From Desulfatiglandales bacterium (GTDB taxonomy: Bacteria > Desulfobacterota > DSM-4660 > Desulfatiglandales > HGW-15): 64,000 bases of DNA. Made by a program: the position numbers and the translations under genes. Under the pieces are notes generated by a model that did not search any database, was not told the origin of the DNA, and saw only the letters and a program-made list of their open reading frames with translations. Shown here piece after piece: positions 1 through 9,173 of this stretch. Position 1 is the stretch's first letter; each line of letters starts with the position of its first letter. Location: assembly GCA_963667015.2 (NCBI GenBank), contig CAXXJJ010000004.1:1760001-1824000 (forward strand). The letters run 5' to 3'.

Positions 1-452
1 CCACCTCCAAACCCAACTGAAGCAAACGCTTCTGGGATACCACCGACAACATTAATAGTATAATTAAATCTGGCCCTGTTAGGATTATAAAATGACCATC
101 TTTTCGATTCTGACGTTGTATCAGGTAAAAATTGTTCTGTTTTACCTGAATACTCAAAATAAGGCTTACCATCATCTGTAACACCATCAGCATTAGCGAC
201 TGTTACACTCGGATCACTGATGTTATCAATTACCACCTTAATTGGAGTCAACAACACATCATCTGATATGTTCTTCAACGAAACATCCAGGTAATTTTCA
301 CTATTGCTTCTGTCAAACATCATCCTTGATTGTATAAGCTGAACCTTATCAGTTACATCTTCTTCTGCATATGAGATAGATGATAAAAGAAGTGGTAAAA
401 TAAAACTAATTATCGAGATAGATGTCATGCATATACTTTTCATTTTCCTCAT
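1..452 (-). CDS. Secreted protein, paralog of 584..3034 (partial, runs off the left edge)
   Basis: Not in the ORF track. Manual translation from ATG 452 (GGAG RBS at 459-462) gives MRKMKSICMTSISIISFILPLLLSSISYA-EEDVTDKVQLIQSRMMFDRSNSENYLDVSLKNISDDVLLTPIKVVIDNISDPSVTVANADGVTDDGKPYFEY..., near-identical to the mature N-terminus of the 816-aa ORF. Confidence 0.85.
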   Translation of the reverse strand, partial: MRKMKSICMTSISIISFILPLLLSSISYAEEDVTDKVQLIQSRMMFDRSNSENYLDVSLKNISDDVLLTPIKVVIDNISDPSVTVANADGVTDDGKPYFEYSGKTEQFLPDTTSESKRWSFYNPNRARFNYTINVVGGIPEAFASVGFGG

Positions 453-583
453 TACCAACTCCTTTGGCCTCTTTTTTAAATTTATTTTAAATTTTGGGTT
501 TGCCATTATAGTCAAACGTAGTGGATAGACTCGAATTGATTCGAGTTGTTTTGTTTGTCACGATTCAAAAATGTAACATCTCT

Positions 584-3034
584 CTATTCTCTTACTGCTC
601 TCCATGTTCCATGTGATTTTTCATCATAATATGTGCCCGACATAGTATCACCATAATATACTCCTGTTACATATACAGTAGTTGCAACATGGATAAACTC
701 AATTGAAATATTTATTCCATTTATTGTACCACTACCAGAATAACCTTCATCACTTGTAAATGAAATTGAATTACCAGCCTGAGTAAAAGCCCAAAAGTGC
801 GGTTCATCATCTTCAACTTGACCATTAGGAGTATTATAAACAAGCCAATTACCAGTTACGTTATTCTCACAAACATCCCCAATCCCATCTCCATCTGAGT
901 CAGCTTGGGCTGGATTGTATGTATCAGGGCAGTTATCGGCTATATCAGCTATTCCATCATTATCAATATCATCGTCTTCTTCAACCCGTATTGCTGACCA
1001 ACAATTAGTATCTCCCATCGTACCATTCATGGTGGAACCTTCACTATTAACAGCGCCGGTATAGATCGGATAATCACAACCAGTGTAAGTAAAAGTTATC
1101 TCATCACCTGATAATTCCCAAACTCCTGTATATCCATTACATCTTGGAATCGAATCAAATGTATGGTCTTCATAAAAAATTAAAGTATTAATTCCTGCAC
1201 CACCATCACAATTATGATCAATATATTCAGTCCATGAGCCAATAATCATATCATCATTTATGACTTCACAAGCATCTCCTATTCCATCAGCATCTGCATC
1301 TTCTTGGTCGGGGTTGTAGGTGCCGGGGCAGTTGTCCACAGTATTAGGAACACCATCTACATCAATATCTGGTATTCCGGTGTCAAGTAAAGATCCGTAT
1401 AGATTGACATCAGAGGGCATCATACTTGTTGAATAGTTATAATAGAACCATTGCACATCCATAAGTTGGGGGCCTTGATCATCAGGCAAATCTTTTTCAT
1501 TTGTTGGCTCAAGCCACCAGACATTAAACATAGCAAACAATCTATCTATTTCACTTGGATTAATGGTCCATGTTGTTCCAAGTGAGATCTCTTCATTTTC
1601 TACAACACAAGTATATTTTGAATTATAGAATGTATACTCGCTAGACAAATAATATTTTGATACTTGAACAACAAGTGTAATATAATCATTTGAAATATCA
1701 CTTATTGATATTTGAGGATTTGAATTGCTTAATATTGCATCTGTCCTTGTATGAGTTTTGCTTGTTAGAACAGGTAAATCAAGTGCAGAATTTTCAAGCC
1801 AAGGATGTTCGGTTTCTGTTATTATTTCGAAATCATGTTCTATATGATTTGTGGGATTCAGGCTAATTAAAGATGGCAATGGGGGTGGTTCTACAGCATA
1901 GGTAAAAAAGGCTTTAATAGAATTATACCCTGAAATAGTTTCGCCACTAATTTTAATTCTTGCAGCAAACGTACCTGTAGTTGGCAGCCTATCAATTAAA
2001 TCTATTTCTGATGCTTTTCTTTCACTATCTTCAACCTCTGCCGCCAATCGTACTTTCCCTTCATTAGGATATGTTTTGACTAAGGTGCTACTATACCAAT
2101 TGTTTGCCCCTGGATTCAAGTTTTCCCCATCTATAATAGACCAATGATCTTTTAGATCATCAATATTTTTGTAGTCAAAACCATCGAAAAGAGTGAGTAT
2201 GTCATCAGTATCCATAGCCAATATAAAATCACATAAATGATCAGTTGCTGTTTCTATAAAATTATTTTCAAAATCTTGACTTACTATTTGAAGTTTCTCC
2301 CAAGTACCTGAGGTCGTATTGTATCTGTATGGGTAAAGAGCAATCTCAGGATAATTCGTTCCATCCAGCAGACCATCGTTATCATCATCTTTATAGTATA
2401 ATGTTATTATGGCAGCTTTAGAAAATGATGTTCCATCTGGGCCGATATTAATAGCCGATGATACAAATATCATAGAAGCATTTGGTTGAGGTGGGAAATC
2501 AGAGGTAGTCAAGGTAAAAACAATATTTTCAGAGATGGCACCAGAAGGAATATCAATATTGCCTTCAGAGGTTAATAAATATAAAAATCCTCCATCAACC
2601 CCTATAACCGCAGCAGCTTCCGGTACAGTTGCATAAACACTTGCTGTGTAGTTAAACCTTGATCGGTTTGGATTATAAAACATCAACCTATTGGTCTCGG
2701 TATTTTCACTAAGCAGCAGCCGCCCCATATCATTAATATACTCAAAATAAGGCTTCCCATCATCAGTAACTCCGTCAGCATTCGCAACTGTCACACTTGG
2801 ATCATTGATGTTATCAATAACCACCTTAATAGGAGTTAAAAGTACATCCTCGGATATATTTTTTAATGAAACATCCAGGTAATTTTCACTAGTGCTTCTG
2901 TCAAACATCATTCTTGATTGAATGAGCTGAACTTTATCTGTTACATCTTCTTCGGCTTGGATAAGTGGTGAGAATAAAACTATAAAGCAAATGATTGAAA
3001 TCAAAATTAATTGGATTCTTCTAAGCATATTCAT
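584..3034 (-). CDS. Large multidomain exoprotein: signal peptide, shared N-terminal module, ZU5-like region, GH16/ConA-like domain, thrombospondin type-3 Ca-binding repeats
   Basis: Signal peptide ending IQA; IDIPSGAI...IGPDGTSFSK...HLCDF resembles ZU5; EHDFE resembles the GH16 ExDxE motif; two DNCP..YNP.Q.D.D.DGIGD.C TSP3 units. Confidence 0.7.
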   Translation of the reverse strand: MNMLRRIQLILISIICFIVLFSPLIQAEEDVTDKVQLIQSRMMFDRSTSENYLDVSLKNISEDVLLTPIKVVIDNINDPSVTVANADGVTDDGKPYFEYINDMGRLLLSENTETNRLMFYNPNRSRFNYTASVYATVPEAAAVIGVDGGFLYLLTSEGNIDIPSGAISENIVFTLTTSDFPPQPNASMIFVSSAINIGPDGTSFSKAAIITLYYKDDDNDGLLDGTNYPEIALYPYRYNTTSGTWEKLQIVSQDFENNFIETATDHLCDFILAMDTDDILTLFDGFDYKNIDDLKDHWSIIDGENLNPGANNWYSSTLVKTYPNEGKVRLAAEVEDSERKASEIDLIDRLPTTGTFAARIKISGETISGYNSIKAFFTYAVEPPPLPSLISLNPTNHIEHDFEIITETEHPWLENSALDLPVLTSKTHTRTDAILSNSNPQISISDISNDYITLVVQVSKYYLSSEYTFYNSKYTCVVENEEISLGTTWTINPSEIDRLFAMFNVWWLEPTNEKDLPDDQGPQLMDVQWFYYNYSTSMMPSDVNLYGSLLDTGIPDIDVDGVPNTVDNCPGTYNPDQEDADADGIGDACEVINDDMIIGSWTEYIDHNCDGGAGINTLIFYEDHTFDSIPRCNGYTGVWELSGDEITFTYTGCDYPIYTGAVNSEGSTMNGTMGDTNCWSAIRVEEDDDIDNDGIADIADNCPDTYNPAQADSDGDGIGDVCENNVTGNWLVYNTPNGQVEDDEPHFWAFTQAGNSISFTSDEGYSGSGTINGINISIEFIHVATTVYVTGVYYGDTMSGTYYDEKSHGTWRAVRE

Positions 3035-3062
3035 TTCTCTCCTGTCGATATAACTTCCCTAT

Positions 3063-3113
3063 AAAAAGAAAAACCAGGCCGTCAAAAGTTAACTACAACT
3101 TCTGGCAGCCCGG
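3063..3113 (-). terminator. Intrinsic terminator overlapping the 3' arm of the riboswitch remnant
   Basis: On the minus strand CCGGGCTGCCAGAAGTT pairs with AACTTTTGACGGCCTGG (one mismatch, several G-U) and is followed by TTTTTCTTTTT. Confidence 0.75.
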
Positions 3114-3150
3114 CTTTTCGTATATACGAATCCGTGGCTTTCCGTACTGC
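3104..3150 (-). ncRNA. Partial GEMM-I (c-di-GMP-I / cGAMP) riboswitch aptamer lacking the tetraloop hairpin
   Basis: Minus strand GCAGT-ACGGAAAGCCACGGATTCG...CGAAAAGCCGGGCTGCC matches the 3' half of deltaproteobacterial GEMM-I aptamers as I recall them; the upstream AAACC..GNRA..GG hairpin is absent. Confidence 0.6.
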
Positions 3151-3232
3151 TCAATTATTCAAAAACTATAAATCACATACTTTAAAACCTTTTCAGCAGT
3201 GTGGCTTTTTCAGAAGATCTCAAATATAAGTT

Positions 3233-3799
3233 TTATGATTTTTTAAAGAATTTCTTTCTTCCCATTCCTGCTAACCCAACTAGACCACTACCTAGTAAAA
3301 GCATAGTTGCAGGCTCTGGGACTGGCTCAGTTCCAGAGGATGCAATTGCTAAATCTATGTTTGATATAGTCCCGGTACTATCAAATCCCCAATCATCCCA
3401 AGAATCATACTCAAGACCGAAGGCAAGGCGGATCGTTTGTCCCAAGTATGGTGTCATATCAATTGAATAAGTTCCGGCTCCTGAGTATCCAATCTCCATT
3501 TCATAGGCACCATCGATTTGTAATACCAGCCAGTCATAATCATCCAGTCCTGGAACCAATGAGTATTCATAGGATAATGTCAATGCATTATCTGGCACAA
3601 AAAAACTATCATTTGCTGCATAGAGATAACCATAATCCGTACTTTCATAAAATGTGATCGTATCGCTGCGGATATCTACAATGGTTGGATCATCGGGCTC
3701 GCCGACAAAAGTGCTTAAATCAACCGGATCAGCAAATGCAATATTAACTAAATACAAAAAGCTAAAAAAGACCAATAAAAACATAAAAGTGCGTTTCAT
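3233..3799 (-). CDS. PEP-CTERM sorting domain protein
   Basis: Signal peptide; C-terminal VPEPATMLLLGSGLVGLAGMGRKKFFKKS (PEP motif, TM helix, basic tail). Confidence 0.95.
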   Translation of the reverse strand: MKRTFMFLLVFFSFLYLVNIAFADPVDLSTFVGEPDDPTIVDIRSDTITFYESTDYGYLYAANDSFFVPDNALTLSYEYSLVPGLDDYDWLVLQIDGAYEMEIGYSGAGTYSIDMTPYLGQTIRLAFGLEYDSWDDWGFDSTGTISNIDLAIASSGTEPVPEPATMLLLGSGLVGLAGMGRKKFFKKS

Positions 3800-3927
3800 T
3801 AAAGAACCCTCCTTTTTAATTTTAAAAATCTCAATGCATTATTTAAGCGTAAGACTACATTAAAATAGACATAACAGATCGCTAATATCTTTTTAATGAA
3901 TAATTCAGGTAAGCAAAAACAAGATTA

Positions 3928-3943
3928 AGCAATATCAGTGCCA
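3928..3943 (-). promoter_or_regulatory. sigma54 -24/-12 promoter of the PEP-CTERM gene
   Basis: Minus strand TGGCACTGATATTGCT = TGGCAC-N5-TTGC consensus. Confidence 0.85.
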
Positions 3944-3982
3944 AAAAAGACAGGACTCTGCAATACAAATTAATCTCTTAAT

Positions 3983-3995
3983 TATCAATCAGTTA
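3983..3995 (+). promoter_or_regulatory. IHF-like binding site
   Basis: TATCAATCAGTTA = WATCAANNNNTTR, lying between the sigma54 site and the upstream inverted repeat. Confidence 0.6.
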
Positions 3996-4029
3996 TGGTC
4001 ATGAACTTATAAAGGCGGCTTGAAGGTAT

Positions 4030-4064
4030 GAAATTAATTACCGTTAAAACAAGTAATTAATTTC
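4030..4064. promoter_or_regulatory. Perfect 12-bp inverted repeat, candidate enhancer-binding-protein (PrsR-type) site
   Basis: GAAATTAATTAC-N11-GTAATTAATTTC, about 90-120 bp upstream of the sigma54 site. Confidence 0.55.
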
Positions 4065-4418
4065 CTAATTTAGGCATTAATTTACACATTTCAATCCTTA
4101 CTTGGAAATTTTTATAAATATAAAACAATAAAGCCTCCTATAACTCGTCCAGCTTTTTACACTCCTCAAGATATTTGCTTCTATCCTGATGAGTCATATT
4201 AGGGATATAAAAGAAGTGTTTGGAATTCTTGGCAAGAAAGAGCGGCCCGATGAATATAATGAGGATATTCCATGCAAATGATCACTTTTGCTGATACCGC
4301 ATGATAAATACTTTTCTACCTGTTTTTTTTATGATAGCATTCAAAATTGTAATATATTAAATAAACTATTAAATTGATAACAATATAAATTTATTTATTC
4401 TTTTTTATGGAGAGATAA

Positions 4419-4628
4419 ATGACATCATATACAGCAGTCATAGAAAGATGTAGTGAGACAGGTCTTTATATTGGCTACGTTCCAGGATTTCCGGGTGCAC
4501 ATTCACAAGGTGAAACACTGGATGAATTAAATAAAAATTTGAAAGAAGTTATAGAGATGCTTCTTGAAGATGGCCTTCCAAGAATGGAAAGTGAATTTAT
4601 CGGCACTCAAAATGTTATGTTGGCATAG
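4419..4628 (+). CDS. hicB: HicB family antitoxin (short form, no DNA-binding domain)
   Basis: YTAVIERCSETGLYIGYVPGFPGAHSQGETLDELNKNLKEVIEMLLED is the HicB partial RNase H fold. Confidence 0.9.
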   Translation: MTSYTAVIERCSETGLYIGYVPGFPGAHSQGETLDELNKNLKEVIEMLLEDGLPRMESEFIGTQNVMLA

Positions 4629-4630
4629 CT

Positions 4631-4807
4631 ATGGGTACACTTCCTGTCCTAAAACCTAAAGAAGTTGTTTCAATTCTTAATAAACTCGGATTTCAAGAAA
4701 TCAGACAAAGAGGCTCCCACAAACAATATCGCCATCCTGATGGGCGAGGAACAACAGTTCCATTTCATATCGGAAGGGATATTTCTCCTATCCTGCTAAT
4801 TGTTTAG
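4631..4807 (+). pseudogene. hicA: HicA family mRNA interferase toxin, C-terminally truncated (58 aa)
   Basis: Manual translation MGTLPVLKPKEVVSILNKLGFQEIRQRGSHKQYRHPDGRGTTVPFHIGRDISPILLIV*. The GSH catalytic motif is present, but the usual final helix after ISPILL is missing. Confidence 0.8.
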
Positions 4808-4939
4808 AATCATTTGGTGTTGGATTCTCTCTAAGGGAAAGTATAGTACTTACTACCTGCAGGTATTGTTTTGGCGGCAATTCTTTTATAAATTTACCGG
4901 CAGCTTTTGTAATATCAATATTTGTACATATGTTCACTT

Positions 4940-5362
4940 CTACTCCAGCTCAACCTTTATCCGATCCTTAATATCCACAACCCTGTCATTCTTTATATAT
5001 TCATCTTCCATCTGATACACAACAGCAACGAGATGTCTGCTTCCCTTTGACCTGTCCAGAGGACTTACAATTAAATCTCCCAGCCCCAGTGTTGTAAAAT
5101 CCATTATATCGTAAGACAGTTCACTCAAACCGCTCTGGATTGTCTCATATTCATAAATTCCCCTGTATTGCTCGTCGTTCAGACGATTAATATAAAGAGG
5201 GGTTCCAAGATGAAGTTCTGCCTCGTGTCTCTTCATACCGATGAATACAGGACTTCGTTCAGGGGCGGAAGAATCCAGTTTCACATATACTCCCGGTGAA
5301 CAGGCTGCAATCATCAGGCACACTCCAAGACAGAAGGCAATGGAAATAAACCTGCAGTGCAT
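4940..5362 (-). CDS. Hypothetical lipoprotein (SmpA/OmlA-like segment)
   Basis: Lipobox IAAC; IGMKRHEAELHLGTP motif; GGAG RBS. Confidence 0.65.
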   Translation of the reverse strand: MHCRFISIAFCLGVCLMIAACSPGVYVKLDSSAPERSPVFIGMKRHEAELHLGTPLYINRLNDEQYRGIYEYETIQSGLSELSYDIMDFTTLGLGDLIVSPLDRSKGSRHLVAVVYQMEDEYIKNDRVVDIKDRIKVELE

Positions 5363-5491
5363 TTTAGTTATCTCCTCTCAGGCCAAATTTATCAGACTAC
5401 TCCGCAGCGGGTGCAGAGAAACCAACCCCTTATAAACCAATGGCTATCTCATTTACCTTTGACGGAATAAATTTATTTTGCTGAGTGGTAG

Positions 5492-5507
5492 TTCAAGTTC
5501 CATGCCA
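5492..5507 (-). promoter_or_regulatory. Imperfect sigma54-like promoter for the lipoprotein gene
   Basis: TGGCATGGAACTTGAA; the -12 GC is replaced by GA. Confidence 0.35.
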
Positions 5508-5768
5508 TTTTTTAAAATAAAATGACAGATTAAGTAAAGAAGCTGTCCTTTCAGACGGTTGAGAGAAAATAGCTGAAATCGATTTAATAAATATTTGCCT
5601 TTTAATGACTGAAACAGGGAAATATTTTCCGGCCAGGGGGAAAGGTCTTCATATCTGACAGTACCCTTTAAAAAAACATTTATTTATACATTTCCATCAA
5701 ATCTTTTTTACCCTTTAATTCCAATAGATTACAGATAATTCCCTACGCCCGGAATCACTTAATGTCAA

Positions 5769-5784
5769 TGGTATGATAATTGCT
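5769..5784 (+). promoter_or_regulatory. sigma54 promoter of the flgF operon
   Basis: TGGTATGATAATTGCT (GG-N10-GC), 41 nt before the flgF ATG; the palindrome GGAAA-TAT-TTTCC at 5618-5630 may be the activator site. Confidence 0.8.
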
Positions 5785-5825
5785 ATAAGTAAGGGCAACG
5801 GTCAGTAAATTACCAGGAGGCAAAA

Positions 5826-6539
5826 ATGATAAACGGAATGCTTGAATCTTCCAGAGGTTGCATGAAAGAAGAACTGAGAATGGATATTATCTCAGCCAAC
5901 CTCGCTAATGTAAATACGATCGGCTACAAGAAAGACAGAATTTCCTTTCAAAAGCTTCTTAATCAGGCTGCAGTATCAGCTGACACACCCGCTAATGTAA
6001 CAATAAGACCGGATATGGAGCAGGGAGACATAAGAGCGACAGGAAATGAACTGGATTTTGCAATAACTGGTAAAGGTTTCTTCAAGATAAAGACTGATGA
6101 CGGTATCAGATATACAAGAAAAGGAAATTTCACGCTTGCCACCGACGGAACCCTTCAAACTCAGAGCGGGGATACGGTGATGGGCAAATCCGGCCCCCTT
6201 AAAGTAATCGGAAATGATCTCAAGATTGACCGGAAGGGTCTTATGTCAACAGATGCCGGTCCAATCGGTCAGCTTGCGATTGTCGATTTTGAAGATTACC
6301 AGGGCATAGTAAAGGAAGGCAAAACCCTTTTCGCAAATCCTCAGGAACTCCCTGAAATGGATATACCTGATGAAACCGTTGTAAGCCAGGGTTACACTGA
6401 GCTTTCCAATGTAAATACTGCCGAAGAAATGGTTAACATGATTCATGCCTTGAGGTCATTTGAGGCCTATCAAAAATCCATGAGGGTTATTGATGAGCTG
6501 AACAACAGGGCAATTAACCAGGTCGGCAGATTAAGATAA
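5826..6539 (+). CDS. flgF: Flagellar basal-body rod protein FlgF
   Basis: ANLANVNTIGYKKD, YTRKGNF and ELSNVN motifs; position before flgG. Confidence 0.9.
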   Translation: MINGMLESSRGCMKEELRMDIISANLANVNTIGYKKDRISFQKLLNQAAVSADTPANVTIRPDMEQGDIRATGNELDFAITGKGFFKIKTDDGIRYTRKGNFTLATDGTLQTQSGDTVMGKSGPLKVIGNDLKIDRKGLMSTDAGPIGQLAIVDFEDYQGIVKEGKTLFANPQELPEMDIPDETVVSQGYTELSNVNTAEEMVNMIHALRSFEAYQKSMRVIDELNNRAINQVGRLR

Positions 6540-6586
6540 AATATTAAAAGATAATAAAAGTAGTAAAAAAACAAGGAGAACAGGAA

Positions 6587-7372
6587 ATGATTAGAAGCCT
6601 TTGGACAGCCGCTTCAGGCATGACAGCCCAGAAAATTAACATGGATGTAATTGCAAACAACCTGGCAAATGTAAATACAAGCGGATTCAAGAAAAGCCGT
6701 GCCGATTTCGAGGATCTTCTGTATCAGAACCTTAAATCACCAGGGGCAGATACAAGTTCGGGCGGACAGATACCTACCGGTATCCAGATAGGAATGGGTA
6801 CAAGATACAGCTCCATACAAAAGATATTTTCACAGGGGGATCCTGTTGAGACAGGTAACCAGCTTGACCTGGCGATTGCCGGAAACGGTTTTTTCAAGAT
6901 TGTTAATAATAACGGTGATGAGGTTTATACGCGCGCTGGTTCTTTTCAGATTGACTCTGACGGGTATATTGTAACCTCCCAGGGCGACAGGCTTCAGCCG
7001 GAGATCGCAATACCAACAGATTCGGTTAATTTTACCATTGACAGCAGCGGAGCCCTGGAGGCATTCGATGAAAGCGGTGAGACAACCGCTACTGCACAGT
7101 TAACCATAACTAACTTTATCAATCCTGCCGGTATGAGAAGCCTTGGAGGCAACTATTACAGTCCGACAGAGGCCTCAGGAGATCCTATAGAGGGCAACCC
7201 GGAAGTCGACGGGCTTGGCTCAATTCTTCAGGGTTCTCTTGAGATGTCAAATGTCGATGTTGTGGAGGAAATGGTTAATATGATAGCCGGTCAGCGTGCC
7301 TATGAGATATCGTCAAAGTCCATCAAGGCTGCTGATGAAATGATGCAGATGGCAAACAATATAAAGAGATAG
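6587..7372 (+). CDS. flgG: Flagellar distal rod protein FlgG
   Basis: MIRSLWTAASGM, ANNLANVNTSGFKKSRADFEDLLYQ, LEMSNVDVVEEMVNMIAGQRAYE. Confidence 0.97.
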   Translation: MIRSLWTAASGMTAQKINMDVIANNLANVNTSGFKKSRADFEDLLYQNLKSPGADTSSGGQIPTGIQIGMGTRYSSIQKIFSQGDPVETGNQLDLAIAGNGFFKIVNNNGDEVYTRAGSFQIDSDGYIVTSQGDRLQPEIAIPTDSVNFTIDSSGALEAFDESGETTATAQLTITNFINPAGMRSLGGNYYSPTEASGDPIEGNPEVDGLGSILQGSLEMSNVDVVEEMVNMIAGQRAYEISSKSIKAADEMMQMANNIKR

Positions 7373-7382
7373 GACTAAGATC

Positions 7383-8366
7383 ATGACCAGTCAAAAAAAA
7401 TCATTTGTCATAAATTTTATTATCCTGCTTGTTTTTCTGGCATGCTGCATGATGCCTTCAACAGTCTCGGCACTGGAAATAGAGGTGAAAGACAGGCTGA
7501 AAATTGACGGAGACATGGTTCATCTTGGAGACATTGCAATATTTCATCCGGCAAATGACAGCCGTGTAGAGGATTTAAAGGCAATCGAAATAACTTCATC
7601 CCCTGCTCCTGATGCATTCAGAAAAATCAACAGAGATTTTATAGTTTACAAGACAGCCAATTCGCTTAATGAACAGGATGATGTATCGTTAAAAGTTCCC
7701 GAAATTATAACAATAGAACGAACCGCCCAGGTTATAGGAGAAGAAACCCTGAAAGAGATATTCCGTGATTATATTATGGATAATGCACCGTGGGACAGGG
7801 ACCAGATTGTTGTTGATAAAATAAATGCTCCGCCATCGACTGCCCTTCCGGTAGGTGAGCTTGACTGGGAAGTTGAAGTAAAACAGAACAATAATTTTCT
7901 TGGCAATTTCTCCATAATGATCGACTTCAGGGTGGATGGTGATTCCAAGAGGAAGATAATTGTATCGGGGAAGATAAATGTCTTTAAAGAGGTTGTTAAG
8001 GCAGCAAGGACTATAAACAGGGGTGATATTATCTCTTCACAGGATATTACACTGGTTTCCGAAAAGGTTAAATATAACAGGAACAACCTGCTGACAGACA
8101 CGAAAGAGATAATCGGGAAAAGGGCAACCCGCAGGATACAGGCTGATCAGCCGATCCAGACAAGCATGTTCGAAGTGCCACCGGCTGTTGAAAAGGGAGA
8201 CAGGGTAATAATAAAGGCAGAAAGCAATCAGCTTTTAATAACCGCCTCAGGCAAAGCCCTGGAAGAAGGCTGCGTTGGAGACCAGATCAGGGTCATGAAC
8301 ATAAACAGCGGCAGGGAAATAGTAGCAACCGTCAGAAGGACTTCCCTTGTAGAGGTTCAGTTCTGA
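7383..8366 (+). CDS. flgA: Flagellar P-ring chaperone FlgA
   Basis: Signal peptide; C-terminal SAF/FlgA region GKALEEGCVGDQIRVMNINSGR; gene order. Confidence 0.92.
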   Translation: MTSQKKSFVINFIILLVFLACCMMPSTVSALEIEVKDRLKIDGDMVHLGDIAIFHPANDSRVEDLKAIEITSSPAPDAFRKINRDFIVYKTANSLNEQDDVSLKVPEIITIERTAQVIGEETLKEIFRDYIMDNAPWDRDQIVVDKINAPPSTALPVGELDWEVEVKQNNNFLGNFSIMIDFRVDGDSKRKIIVSGKINVFKEVVKAARTINRGDIISSQDITLVSEKVKYNRNNLLTDTKEIIGKRATRRIQADQPIQTSMFEVPPAVEKGDRVIIKAESNQLLITASGKALEEGCVGDQIRVMNINSGREIVATVRRTSLVEVQF

Positions 8367-8418
8367 TCACAGGTATCAGATTTAGAGAAAACCAAGATTA
8401 ATAATCCGGGAGCAGGCA

Positions 8419-9162
8419 ATGTTTAGAATAACACAAAAAATCGTAACAATAATCAGTCTTACAGTAATATCGGCATGTGCAGGAACGCAACCGCAGACGC
8501 AGAATGTTGCACCGGTCACAATGCCGGCCCTGCAGGTAAGGACCTTTGAAAAAGACCTTACTAAAAGAGATCCTGAGTCATTATCCGGTTTATATAATGA
8601 AATGAATTCAAGGGATATTTATCAGGATCTGCGTGCATTTAAAGTAGGAGATCTTGTTACGGTTAATATTGTTGAGACATCAAGCGCAAGCAAATCTGCC
8701 AGCACTCAGACAGGAAAGACCTCATCTGTCAATGCCGGAATTGATAATCTCCTGGGCTGGGAAGGAAGGTTAAAAAATCTGACTTCATTTGGTAAAAGTG
8801 ATGTCCGGAACGCCTATAACAATTCAAGCATGCTGGGTGGTTCTCTAGTAAACAGCTTCAACGGATCAGGCACCACTTCACGGGGAGACAGTATGACCGC
8901 ATCCATTACAGCAAGGGTGATTGATGTAAGACCAAACGGAAACCTGGTTATCCAGGGAACCAGACAGATAGTTGTTAACAGCGAAACACAGATAATTATT
9001 CTTTCAGGATTGATCAGGGCGTCAGATATATCACCGGATAATACAATACTGTCCAGCTATATTGGAGATGCAAAAATAGAATACCTTGGGACCGGAGCAA
9101 TAAGTGACAAACAGCGTCCCGGCTGGCTAACACGGGCAGTTGACCACGTATGGCCGTTCTAA
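8419..9162 (+). CDS. flgH: Flagellar L-ring protein FlgH
   Basis: Lipobox ISAC; DLRAFKVGDLVTV, PNGNLVIQG, QRPGWL..WPF. Confidence 0.95.
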   Translation: MFRITQKIVTIISLTVISACAGTQPQTQNVAPVTMPALQVRTFEKDLTKRDPESLSGLYNEMNSRDIYQDLRAFKVGDLVTVNIVETSSASKSASTQTGKTSSVNAGIDNLLGWEGRLKNLTSFGKSDVRNAYNNSSMLGGSLVNSFNGSGTTSRGDSMTASITARVIDVRPNGNLVIQGTRQIVVNSETQIIILSGLIRASDISPDNTILSSYIGDAKIEYLGTGAISDKQRPGWLTRAVDHVWPF

Positions 9163-9173
9163 TGGAGGGAAAA

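Noticed and set aside
511..560. attC-like arrangement around the palindrome ACTCGAAT-TG-ATTCGAGT (529-546)
   Set aside because: Only about 49 bp, spacers are asymmetric, the R boxes do not fit RYYYAAC/GTTRRRY, and there is no second copy or intact integron integrase. It may simply be an operator or hairpin.
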